Assembly (NCBI GenBank): GCA_039208735.1 | Contig: JBCCQY010000040.1 | Coordinates: forward strand, 1 to 64,000 | DNA length: 64,000 nucleotides | Direction: 5' to 3' | Source: Myxococcota bacterium | Lineage (GTDB): Bacteria; Myxococcota_A; UBA796; GCA-2862545 | Part shown: positions 56,080 through 64,000 of the stretch, in pieces | Layout of the letters: each line of letters starts with the position of its first letter | How positions within the stretch are numbered: position 1 is the first letter of the stretch | Translations under genes and position numbers: made by a program | The notes under the pieces: model-generated | Seen by the model: the letters and a program-made list of their open reading frames with translations, nothing else | What the model was told of the DNA's origin: nothing | The model's database searches: none

Positions 56080-57651
56080 TCAGGATTCCCTCACCCGTCT
56101 TAAGGCCTCCATGGCAGAATGCGACATGTCGGGAAGCCTTGGCCGTTCGCGGATCGTGGCAGAGAGGCCGTCCAACCGGATCAAGACGGACTCGGCGTCC
56201 AACGTTCCATCTTCAAACGCCGTTCGGATCGCTTCGACCTCCCCTCGCAAACCGAGGGACTCGTCCAGCTGCAATTCTCGCGCGTCGATACCCGCTTGCA
56301 GATCAGCTAGGGCCGCTTGTACCCGGCCTCGCCGAGCGAGATCGGCAAGGTCAGGCTCATCGGCAGGGCGACGACCGCTCCTCCGCGCGAGCAGGAAGAC
56401 CCCGAGCAATGGAAGGACCGCGAACGGCGGCGCGGCGATCATCAACGCTGCTGTCGCCATCAACAAGACGCAGGCCATCAAGGCCAACTCCACGTGGGAG
56501 TGCACCAACCGGGGCGGCAACGCCACTCGGCACGGCGGCAGGGCCACGGTCAGGGCAGGCTTCACGGTGCTCGACCGCCAGCTCAATGCCGCAAATAGGG
56601 CCATGAAGGCTCCCACAACGGGGAGCGCCACCCCGCCCACCACCGAGAGTCCGACAACCCAGGCCAAATCAGATCGCGATAAGGCTCGCTTGTCGGCGCG
56701 AACCCGCCAGCCTGCGGCCTGCAATCGAGCGACGAGCCGACGGGCCGCAGGTCCCGAAAGGTCGTCCGCCATCCACGCCCGACCGCCCGTCGTTGGATCG
56801 ATGCCGTGAACCACCCATGCCCGACCCAATCCAAACGCCGGCCACGTGTGGGGACGCACCGCGACCCGACGATCGGGGGCCGCCTGCAGCTGTTGGAGGA
56901 CTCGATGGACGTCCCGCGCCCGCTGGGGCCGTTGGACCGGGTCAGGGTGGAGGAGTGCATCGACGAGGCGAGCCAACCCGCGAGGTCCAGGGACCGGATC
57001 CCGCCCTTGGCGCTGCATGTTCATGATGGCCCACGGCGTGTGACCGTAGAACGCGTCTTGGCCCGTCATGGCCCGGTACATGACCACGCCAAGCCCATAG
57101 AGGTCGGCCGGAATGCCTGCGGGACCGCCATCGAGCACCTCAGGCGCGGTTCGGCCGGCCCGTAGCAGCGTCGCGTCGCCCGATGCCAGCCCAAAGTCGA
57201 ACAACTTGCAGCCTTCGGCCGCCAGCAAAATGTTGCCAGGCCGCACATCGCCGTGCACGATGCCGCGTTGATGGGCCAAGTCGAGTGCGTCGGCAAGCTG
57301 GAGCCCCAACGTCACGACCGCACGGGGGTCCATCGCGTGTTCGAGGTCGCTTAACGCCACCCCTTCTACGCGTTCGGTGACGAGCACCCAACGTCCATCG
57401 CCGTCGGACCAAAGCCCAAGCACTTCCAGCACGCGCGGATGCTCGAGACGCCCCATGGTGGAGGCCTCTTGCTGAAGCTGTTCGAGGGCTCGGGGGTCAC
57501 CCACGCGGTCTTCGTGAAGCACCTTGGCGGCAAGCGCTCGACCGGTTGCCCGGTCGGTCACCGGGTAGACCACTCCACTTGCGCCCGCTCCGAGGGGAGG
57601 CCCCACGATTTCGAAGCGATGGGCAAGCACAACACCAGGAACCAGCTGCAT
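56080..57651 (-). CDS. Hanks-type Ser/Thr protein kinase with C-terminal TM segments
   Basis: LGAGASGVVY, AAKVL, HGDVRPGNILL, DFG, TAPE, DLYGLG. Confidence 0.88.
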   Translation of the reverse strand: MQLVPGVVLAHRFEIVGPPLGAGASGVVYPVTDRATGRALAAKVLHEDRVGDPRALEQLQQEASTMGRLEHPRVLEVLGLWSDGDGRWVLVTERVEGVALSDLEHAMDPRAVVTLGLQLADALDLAHQRGIVHGDVRPGNILLAAEGCKLFDFGLASGDATLLRAGRTAPEVLDGGPAGIPADLYGLGVVMYRAMTGQDAFYGHTPWAIMNMQRQGRDPVPGPRGLARLVDALLHPDPVQRPQRARDVHRVLQQLQAAPDRRVAVRPHTWPAFGLGRAWVVHGIDPTTGGRAWMADDLSGPAARRLVARLQAAGWRVRADKRALSRSDLAWVVGLSVVGGVALPVVGAFMALFAALSWRSSTVKPALTVALPPCRVALPPRLVHSHVELALMACVLLMATAALMIAAPPFAVLPLLGVFLLARRSGRRPADEPDLADLARRGRVQAALADLQAGIDARELQLDESLGLRGEVEAIRTAFEDGTLDAESVLIRLDGLSATIRERPRLPDMSHSAMEALRRVRES

Positions 57652-57696
57652 CCACGCCCCGTCTGAACACAGCTCGTAACTCGTGCGCCGAACAGG

Positions 57697-57990
57697 TCAG
57701 TCGTCGCGGAAGCGGATGATGGTGGTCCCAGGCTGGGCAAGATGAAGCTCATCCGCCACCATGCGCTCCCTTGCCTCGGGACTCCGGTCCAAAACCCGGA
57801 GGTCCCGCAGCAGCCGCTGGTTCTCCACATCGAGACGCGCAAGTTCGGCTTGGGCGGTCGAAACCCGGTCACGAAGGCGGTCCCGAGCTTCCAGGCCATC
57901 CCGGCCCCAAATCACGGCCAACGTGAAGGCCACAAGGACGCCGGCAGGGAGCACGCGGAAGACGATGGTGGAAAGCAGCGCAGGTTTCAC
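57697..57990 (-). CDS. ftsB: Septum formation initiator (FtsB/DivIC-like)
   Basis: TM helix, GRDGL, coiled coil, ERMVADELHLAQPG. Confidence 0.8.
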   Translation of the reverse strand: MKPALLSTIVFRVLPAGVLVAFTLAVIWGRDGLEARDRLRDRVSTAQAELARLDVENQRLLRDLRVLDRSPEARERMVADELHLAQPGTTIIRFRDD

Positions 57991-58030
57991 GGTTCGAGGA
58001 TAGCCCGGGCCAATGCGAAGAGGACTCGCA

Positions 58031-58447
58031 TCACTCGGGTTCGTCCGCCGTCGCCTCCGTCGCAATCGCAAGTCGGGACAGGCCGAAGCTCTTGGCCTTG
58101 TCCATGACGAGGACCACCCGGCCATGCGAGACCCCGGTGTCAGCCTTGATCACGACGAGCGTGTCGGGAGCCTCGGTCGCCCGTGACTGCAGCCGAGACT
58201 CGAGTTCCGACAAGGAAACCGCCTCGTCGTTCACGTAGATCTCATCATCGAGGGTCATCCAGATGTTGAGGTCTTGCTTGTCGGAGAGAACGGTCTGGGG
58301 ACTCGAGCGCGGCAAATCGACCTGCAGCCCGGGAGTTTCGACGAAGTTCGTCGACACCATGAAGAACAGGACAAGCTGAAAGACGACGTCGATCATCGGT
58401 GTGACGTCGATGGTGGCGTCGTCGCGTCGGCCAGTGACGAATCTCAC
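58031..58447 (-). CDS. exbD: Biopolymer transporter ExbD/TolR
   Basis: IDVTPMIDVVFQLVLFFMV, VDLP, IKADTGVSHG. Confidence 0.92.
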   Translation of the reverse strand: MRFVTGRRDDATIDVTPMIDVVFQLVLFFMVSTNFVETPGLQVDLPRSSPQTVLSDKQDLNIWMTLDDEIYVNDEAVSLSELESRLQSRATEAPDTLVVIKADTGVSHGRVVLVMDKAKSFGLSRLAIATEATADEPE

Positions 58448-59085
58448 GACTCCGGCTCCGCAGGCTGCTCGGTGAGCTGATTGACCACGCCCAGCGCCAC
58501 TTCCTCGAGATCGATGATCAAGGCATCGACGCGGGCGAGCACGAAGCGGTTGGCAACCAACGAAGGAATGCCGACGAGCAGGCCTGCGAAGGTCGTAATG
58601 AGTGCCTCCGAGATCCCACCCGCCAGGTTCCCGACGTTGCCCGCGCCGTCGGTCTGGATCACCTGGAACGTCTGGATCATGCCGCCGACCGTACCCAACA
58701 GGCCCAACAACGGCGAAATCGACGCCACCGTCCCCAAGATCGGCACGAAGCGTTCCAGCTCGGCCGCCTCACGGCGTCCGATTTCTTCGACGCGCTCTTT
58801 GATTTCGGCACGAGGCAGGTGTCGGGCCAGCAACGCAACTTCGAGCACCCGCGAGATGGGACTCGGCTCCTTGCGGCACAGCGTGACGGCGTCCTCGAAG
58901 CGTTCCTGCTTGATGAGTTCGATCACCTCGATGACCAAGCCCCGCGGGACAATTCGCGACCGCTGCAATGCCCACAACCGTTCGAGAAGCGCCGCGGTGG
59001 CCACCACCGAGCAAATCCCGATGGGAATCATCACGACCCCACCGGCGACGAGCGTGTCGACTACGGATCTGACTGCCTCGATCAA
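58444..59085 (-). CDS. exbB: MotA/TolQ/ExbB proton-channel protein
   Basis: SPLLGLLGTVGGMI, LAGGISEALITT. Confidence 0.92.
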   Translation of the reverse strand: MIEAVRSVVDTLVAGGVVMIPIGICSVVATAALLERLWALQRSRIVPRGLVIEVIELIKQERFEDAVTLCRKEPSPISRVLEVALLARHLPRAEIKERVEEIGRREAAELERFVPILGTVASISPLLGLLGTVGGMIQTFQVIQTDGAGNVGNLAGGISEALITTFAGLLVGIPSLVANRFVLARVDALIIDLEEVALGVVNQLTEQPAEPES

Positions 59086-59271
59086 CGGACCTCCCGCTCC
59101 TTAGGCCGGCATATCCTCCGTGGTCCGCGCCCGACCTGCATCATCGGTCTCATCTCAACACTGTCCGAAATTCTTGGACGTCGTCCGACTTTTGGCAGGC
59201 CCGATTCCAACATTCGGACACGGGTGCCGCGATCTGGGCGATCGCCAACGCTGGAACGCAGTCTTCGTCGT

Positions 59272-59287
59272 TGGCATGGGTCTTGAA
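59272..59287 (+). promoter_or_regulatory. Putative sigma-54 -24/-12 promoter upstream of the sigma-70 gene
   Basis: TGGCATGGGTCTTGAA has exact TGGCA..TTG spacing, with GA instead of GC at -12. Confidence 0.5.
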
Positions 59288-59328
59288 CATGGGGTGCCCG
59301 GTTGTCGCGCAGGGAGCGTGGAGGACAG

Positions 59329-60195
59329 ATGGTAGCCGCAGTCGCCAAGGACCAGCAGATCGAAAAGGGACCACTGCTCAATCGGTACCTGCGCGCGATG
59401 GGGCGCATCCGCCTGTTGAAGGCCGCGGAGGAAGTCGCGGTCGCCAAGCGGATCGAAGCAGGCGGTGACGATGGCGTCGTCGCAAAGGACGAGCTCATCC
59501 GGGCCAACCTTCGGCTCGTGGTGTCGATCGCCAAGCAGTACAGCTACCGGGGCCTGCCCCTCGCAGACCTCATCCAGGAAGGCAACATCGGCCTCATGAA
59601 GGCCGTCGAGAAGTTCGACTACAAGCGGGGCTTCAAGTTCTCGACCTACGCGTCGTGGTGGATTCGACAGGCGATCGTTCGCGCCATCGAATCGCAGATC
59701 CGCACCATCCGCGTGCCGATCTACAAGCTCGAGGTCGTCAATCGGGTGCACCAGACGCAGAAGTTGCTCTTCCAGCGGCTGGGTCGGGACGCCACGAGCA
59801 CCGAGATTGCGGCGGAGCTCGAACTCGAAGTGGAAGAAGTCGAAGAGCTGCTTCGCATCACGCGGGAGCCGATGAGTCTCGACGCGCAGGTGAGCGATGA
59901 CTCCGAGACGACCATCCTCGAGTTCATTGCGAACCCCGACGCCGAAGTCCCCTCTGAGCGCCAGGACAAGGCCGATCTCTGCGACCAGATCGACGAAGTG
60001 TTGGCCACCCTCGGGCCACGCGAGGAAAAGGTCATCCGCATGCGCTTCGGCATCGGGGAACCCACCCAGTACAGCCTCGAAGAGATCGGCGTGCGGTTCT
60101 CGCTCACCCGCGAGCGCATCCGCCAGATCGAAATCAAGGCCTTACGGAAGTTGCGCCACGCCAAGCGACGCAACCAGCTCGACGCTCTACGCTGA
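59329..60195 (+). CDS. RpoD-like alternative sigma-70 factor (lacks region 1.1)
   Basis: [57 protein letters not shown] precedes ATG 59329. Confidence 0.95.
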   Translation: MVAAVAKDQQIEKGPLLNRYLRAMGRIRLLKAAEEVAVAKRIEAGGDDGVVAKDELIRANLRLVVSIAKQYSYRGLPLADLIQEGNIGLMKAVEKFDYKRGFKFSTYASWWIRQAIVRAIESQIRTIRVPIYKLEVVNRVHQTQKLLFQRLGRDATSTEIAAELELEVEEVEELLRITREPMSLDAQVSDDSETTILEFIANPDAEVPSERQDKADLCDQIDEVLATLGPREEKVIRMRFGIGEPTQYSLEEIGVRFSLTRERIRQIEIKALRKLRHAKRRNQLDALR

Positions 60196-63060
60196 TCCTT
60201 CGTCGGGCCACGCGTCACACGTACAGATGAGGTTCCGGTCCCCGTAGGCCTGGTCGATGCGGCCGACCGATGGCCACGCTTTATGGAGCTTCGTCCAAGG
60301 GGCTGGGAACGCGGCGGTTCGCCGATCGTAGGCTCGGTCCCAGTCGTCGCGGGTCACATCCATCGCGGTATGGGGCGCGTGCTTCAAGGGGCTGTCGTCG
60401 AGAGCCACGGCTCCCTCTTCGATGGCCCGAATCTCTTTACGGATCGCGATCATGGCGTCGCAGAATCGATCGAGTTCGGCTTGTCCTTCCGACTCGGTCG
60501 GCTCAACCATCAACGTGCCGACGACCGGCCACGACATCGTCGGAGCGTGAAAGCCGTAGTCCATCAGCCGCTTGGCGACGTCTTCAACCTGAATCCCCGC
60601 TGCCTTGAACGGCCGCAGATCGAGGATGCACTCGTGCGCCACGCGTCCGTTGACCCCGCGGTAGAGCACGTCGTAGTGCCCGTCGAGACGGGTCGCGATG
60701 TAGTTGGCGTTGAGGATGGCGACTTGCGAAGCACGCTTGAGCCCCTCTGCGCCGAGCATCCGAATGTAGGCCCAGGAAATGGGGAGGATCGACGGTGAGC
60801 CCCAGGGGGCAGCCGAAACCGGACCCAACGCCTGTTCCGAGGTCTGAGAGGCCACCACAGGGTGCGACGGGAGGAAGGGCGCGAGGTGGGCCCTCACCCC
60901 GATCGGCCCCATGCCGGGCCCGCCACCACCATGGGGGATGCAAAACGTCTTGTGCAGGTTGAGGTGGCAGACGTCAGCGCCGAATTGGCCGGGCTTGCAC
61001 AACCCCACCATGGCGTTCATGTTGGCCCCGTCCATGTAGACCTGGCCTCCATAGCCATGGACGATCTCGCAAATCTCTCGGATCCGGGTCTCGAACACGC
61101 CATGGGTCGACGGGTAGGTCACCATGAGCGCCCCGAGGGCATCCGCGTGTTGTTCGGCCTTCGCCTTTAGGTCGTCGACGTCGATGTTTCCATCGTCGTC
61201 GCACGCCACCGGCACCACCTTCATGCCCGCCATGACCGCACTCGCGGGGTTGGTGCCATGGGCAGAGGTCGGAATGAGGCACACTGTGCGCTTGTCGGCG
61301 TCTCCCTGGCTCGCATGGTAGGCCCGGATGACGAGCAGACCGGTGTATTCGCCTTGCGAGCCGGCGTTGGGTTGGAGGCTGATGGCATCGAATCCTGTGA
61401 TGTCGGCGAGCCAGGCTTCGAGTTCCCCAAACAGGCGCGCGTACCCCTTGGCCTGATCGAGCGGCACGAACGGGTGCAACGACCCAAACCCGGGCCACGT
61501 GACCGGGATCATCTCGGTCGTCGCATTCAGCTTCATGGTGCATGAGCCGAGCGGAATCATCGAGGTATCGAGTGCGATGTCGCGAGTCTGCAGCCGATGC
61601 AGATAACGGAGCATCTCGGTTTCGCTGCGATGAGCGTGGAATACCGGTTCCTGAAGGAACGCCGTGGTTCGCGCCAGGGCCTGCGGAACCGACGGATCGA
61701 CCGTAGCCAACCGCGCGGCCGCGGTATCTGAGACGCCGAAGATCGCGAACAACGCTTCGAGATCCGATTCATCGACCGTCTCGTCGAGCGCGACACACAC
61801 CACCGTGTCGGTCAGCTTTCGCAGGTTGATGCGGTGAGCCTTCGCCTTTTCGATGATGGCGTCCGCGTCGCTCACCTCGATGCGCACCGTGTCAAAGAAC
61901 ACGCCTTCACCGAGCTTATGACCCGCGGCCTGGACTCCGTCGGCCAATGCCTTGGCCATACCGCGGGTCCGCGTAGCAATCCGTACGAGGCCCTCGGGAC
62001 CGTGCCACACCGCGTAAAGGCCCGCCATCACCGCCAACAGCACTTGGGCCGTGCAGATGTTGGACGTGGCGCGCTGGCGGCGAATGTGTTGCTCCCGCGT
62101 TTGCAGCGCCAGGCGCAGGGCCGGGTTGCCGTGCACATCTTTGCTGACGCCCACCATGCGCCCAGGGAGCTGTCGAGCGGCGTCACTCCGGGCTGCCATG
62201 AAGCCCGCATGCGGACCGCCGTAGCCAAGAGGCACGCCAAACCGCTGGGCGCTGCCCACCACGATATCGACGCCCATCTCACCCGGGGGGCGGAAAACGG
62301 TGAGAGCAAGGAGATCCGTCGTCGCGGTGACGAGCGCGTGGGCCGCGTGGGCCCGCTCGACGATGGCGGTAAGGTCCTCCATCGTGCCATCGGTGTGCGG
62401 ATAGGCCACCAACACGCCAAACACTGGTGTCGCTTCGTGGTCGTGATCCTCAACCCGCCCCGTCACGACGTGGATTCCGAGAGGCTCCGCACGGGTCTGA
62501 ATCAGGCCGAGGACCTGGGGGTGCACCCGTTCATCCACGAAGTAGGTGTCGCCCTTCTGTCGGGTCAGCCGCCACGACATCGTCATCGCTTCGGCAGCGG
62601 CGGTCGCTTCGTCGAGAAGGCTCGCGTTTGCGAGGTCCATCCCGGTGAGTTCCGTAATGACGGTCTGGAAGACCAACAGGGCTTCGAGCCGGCCCTGACT
62701 GATCTCGGGCTGGTACGGCGTGTAGGCGGTGTACCAACCTGGGTTCTCAAGCACGTTCCGCAACAGGACGGGCGGCGTATGGGTGTCGTGGTACCCCATG
62801 CCAAGGAAACTGCGGAACTGCTCATTGTGGTCGGCGCGCTCGCGCAATTCGGCAGTGCAGCTCACCTCACTCGCGGGTGCGGGCAACTCCGCAAGGTCTT
62901 CGTTTCGAATGCTGTCGGGAATGGTCTGCGTGATGAGCGCTTCGAGCGAAGGGACGCCGACAGCTTCGAGCATGCGCTCGACGTCAGCCGCGGACGGCCC
63001 GAGATGGCGTTCGACAAAGGCATCGGTCGGCGGAAGGCCACCGTCAGTGGATCGGGACAT
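60187..63060 (-). CDS. gcvP: Glycine dehydrogenase (decarboxylating), P protein
   Basis: [55 protein letters not shown]. Confidence 0.98.
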   Translation of the reverse strand: MSRSTDGGLPPTDAFVERHLGPSAADVERMLEAVGVPSLEALITQTIPDSIRNEDLAELPAPASEVSCTAELRERADHNEQFRSFLGMGYHDTHTPPVLLRNVLENPGWYTAYTPYQPEISQGRLEALLVFQTVITELTGMDLANASLLDEATAAAEAMTMSWRLTRQKGDTYFVDERVHPQVLGLIQTRAEPLGIHVVTGRVEDHDHEATPVFGVLVAYPHTDGTMEDLTAIVERAHAAHALVTATTDLLALTVFRPPGEMGVDIVVGSAQRFGVPLGYGGPHAGFMAARSDAARQLPGRMVGVSKDVHGNPALRLALQTREQHIRRQRATSNICTAQVLLAVMAGLYAVWHGPEGLVRIATRTRGMAKALADGVQAAGHKLGEGVFFDTVRIEVSDADAIIEKAKAHRINLRKLTDTVVCVALDETVDESDLEALFAIFGVSDTAAARLATVDPSVPQALARTTAFLQEPVFHAHRSETEMLRYLHRLQTRDIALDTSMIPLGSCTMKLNATTEMIPVTWPGFGSLHPFVPLDQAKGYARLFGELEAWLADITGFDAISLQPNAGSQGEYTGLLVIRAYHASQGDADKRTVCLIPTSAHGTNPASAVMAGMKVVPVACDDDGNIDVDDLKAKAEQHADALGALMVTYPSTHGVFETRIREICEIVHGYGGQVYMDGANMNAMVGLCKPGQFGADVCHLNLHKTFCIPHGGGGPGMGPIGVRAHLAPFLPSHPVVASQTSEQALGPVSAAPWGSPSILPISWAYIRMLGAEGLKRASQVAILNANYIATRLDGHYDVLYRGVNGRVAHECILDLRPFKAAGIQVEDVAKRLMDYGFHAPTMSWPVVGTLMVEPTESEGQAELDRFCDAMIAIRKEIRAIEEGAVALDDSPLKHAPHTAMDVTRDDWDRAYDRRTAAFPAPWTKLHKAWPSVGRIDQAYGDRNLICTCDAWPDEGSA

Positions 63061-63135
63061 GCAGTCTCCTGCGGTCAAGCCCGACCGATAACCTCGTTCG
63101 CCGCCGTTCCACACGGGCGCAGCCCCCGGCTGCGA

Positions 63136-63507
63136 CTACGCGATCTTCGCTCGGTAAGCCTCGGCGTTCATCAGTTCGTCGAGATTGGCGTCTGCCGCCT
63201 CAATCTTGAAGATCCAGTTTCCATAAGGATCGCTGTTGATGGCTTCGGGGCCGTCGGCCAACGCATCGTTGACCTCGACCACCTTGCCCGCGATCGGAGC
63301 GTAGATTTCGGCGACCGCCTTGACCGATTCCACCTCGCACACCACGTCTCCTGCCGCGACGGATTCGCCAACCGCGGGGGGTTCGAAGTGCACCAGCTCA
63401 CCGAGCTGGTCCTGGGCGAAATCGGTGATGCCGATCGCGAAGGTGTTGCCGTCCTGCTTCACCCACTCGTCGTGGGAGGTGTAGCGCAGATCGTCGGGGA
63501 TGTTCAC
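63136..63507 (-). CDS. gcvH: Glycine cleavage H protein
   Basis: HDEWV, GITDFAQDQLG, VESVKA lipoyl motif, INSDPY. Confidence 0.97.
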   Translation of the reverse strand: MNIPDDLRYTSHDEWVKQDGNTFAIGITDFAQDQLGELVHFEPPAVGESVAAGDVVCEVESVKAVAEIYAPIAGKVVEVNDALADGPEAINSDPYGNWIFKIEAADANLDELMNAEAYRAKIA

Positions 63508-64000
63508 GAGGCCTCCAGAAACGAGCCGTTCACGACGACACCGTCCGCCAGCTTGCCGCGCACGTCGACTTGGAGCGCGGTGCCGGGCTCCAGGTATGCC
63601 CGGTCCACGTAGGCGAGCGCAATCGGCCGGCCCACGCTTTGCCCGAGCGTACCCGAGGTAACGACGCCAATGACCTGATCTCCGGCCCGGACCGGCATGC
63701 CGGTGCGCGCGATCCGCTTGCCTTGCATGACGATCCCCACGAGCTTCCGAGGGTCGGTCTGGCGTCGCGTGCCAATGGCTTCGGAACCGAGGAACCCACC
63801 GGGTTTCTTGAGCTTGGTAATCCAACCCAGGCCGGCTTGAAGCGGCGTGGTTTCCTCGGTCAGTTCTTGGCCGTACAAGCAGTTGCCCACTTCGAGCCGA
63901 AGCGTGTCCCGGGCCCCCAGACCCACGGGCACCAGTCCGTGGGAGGCTCCGGCCTCCATCACCGCAGGCCACGCATCGGCGGCATGGGTCGAAGGAAGGA
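63504..64000 (-). CDS. gcvT: Glycine cleavage aminomethyltransferase T, C-terminal part
   Basis: GLGARDTLRLE, LYGQE, GLGWI, VTSGT. Upstream of gcvH, and the 5' end lies outside the window. Confidence 0.96.
   Translation of the reverse strand, partial: LPSTHAADAWPAVMEAGASHGLVPVGLGARDTLRLEVGNCLYGQELTEETTPLQAGLGWITKLKKPGGFLGSEAIGTRRQTDPRKLVGIVMQGKRIARTGMPVRAGDQVIGVVTSGTLGQSVGRPIALAYVDRAYLEPGTALQVDVRGKLADGVVVNGSFLEAS

Noticed and set aside
59329..60195. Calling this gene primary rpoD
   Set aside because: It is 288 aa, lacks region 1.1 and has no adjacent dnaG, so it is more likely an alternative sigma factor.

Overview
GC-rich (roughly 65%, by eye), gene-dense bacterial chromosome segment with many overlapping stop/start codons. 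The gene content suggests Myxococcota or a related deltaproteobacterial lineage (inference): eukaryote-like Ser/Thr kinase and PP2C phosphatase, split deltaproteobacterial-type RdgC, and a sigma-54-type promoter. It is mostly housekeeping DNA: prs (partial), tRNA-Gln, MoxR/VWA, an RND efflux trio, serA, pssDE-like glycosyltransferases, queG, trxB, ggt, tRNA-Arg, sppA, dam, a thiolase, holB-folC-accD, pyk, ygfZ, ftsB, exbBD, a sigma-70 factor and gcvTHP. I found no integrase, transposase, prophage, rRNA or CRISPR array. Best candidates for undescribed biology: (1) a two-gene module encoding a 1220-aa double P-loop protein (intact first ATPase, HerA/FtsK-like domain with a decayed Walker A) plus a winged-helix-like partner; (2) a protein with two tandem Hfq/Sm-like domains heading an operon with split rdgC; (3) an NYN-LOTUS ribonuclease with a charge-blocked disordered tail and a structured leader; (4) a nuclease-free HsdM-half-HsdS fusion methylase; (5) a small, very basic ribosomal-protein-like ORF; (6) a thiolase resembling trypanosomatid SCP2-type thiolases. 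All calls come from motif recognition by eye, and no database search was run. Several starts were moved from the ORF track using RBS and overlap evidence.
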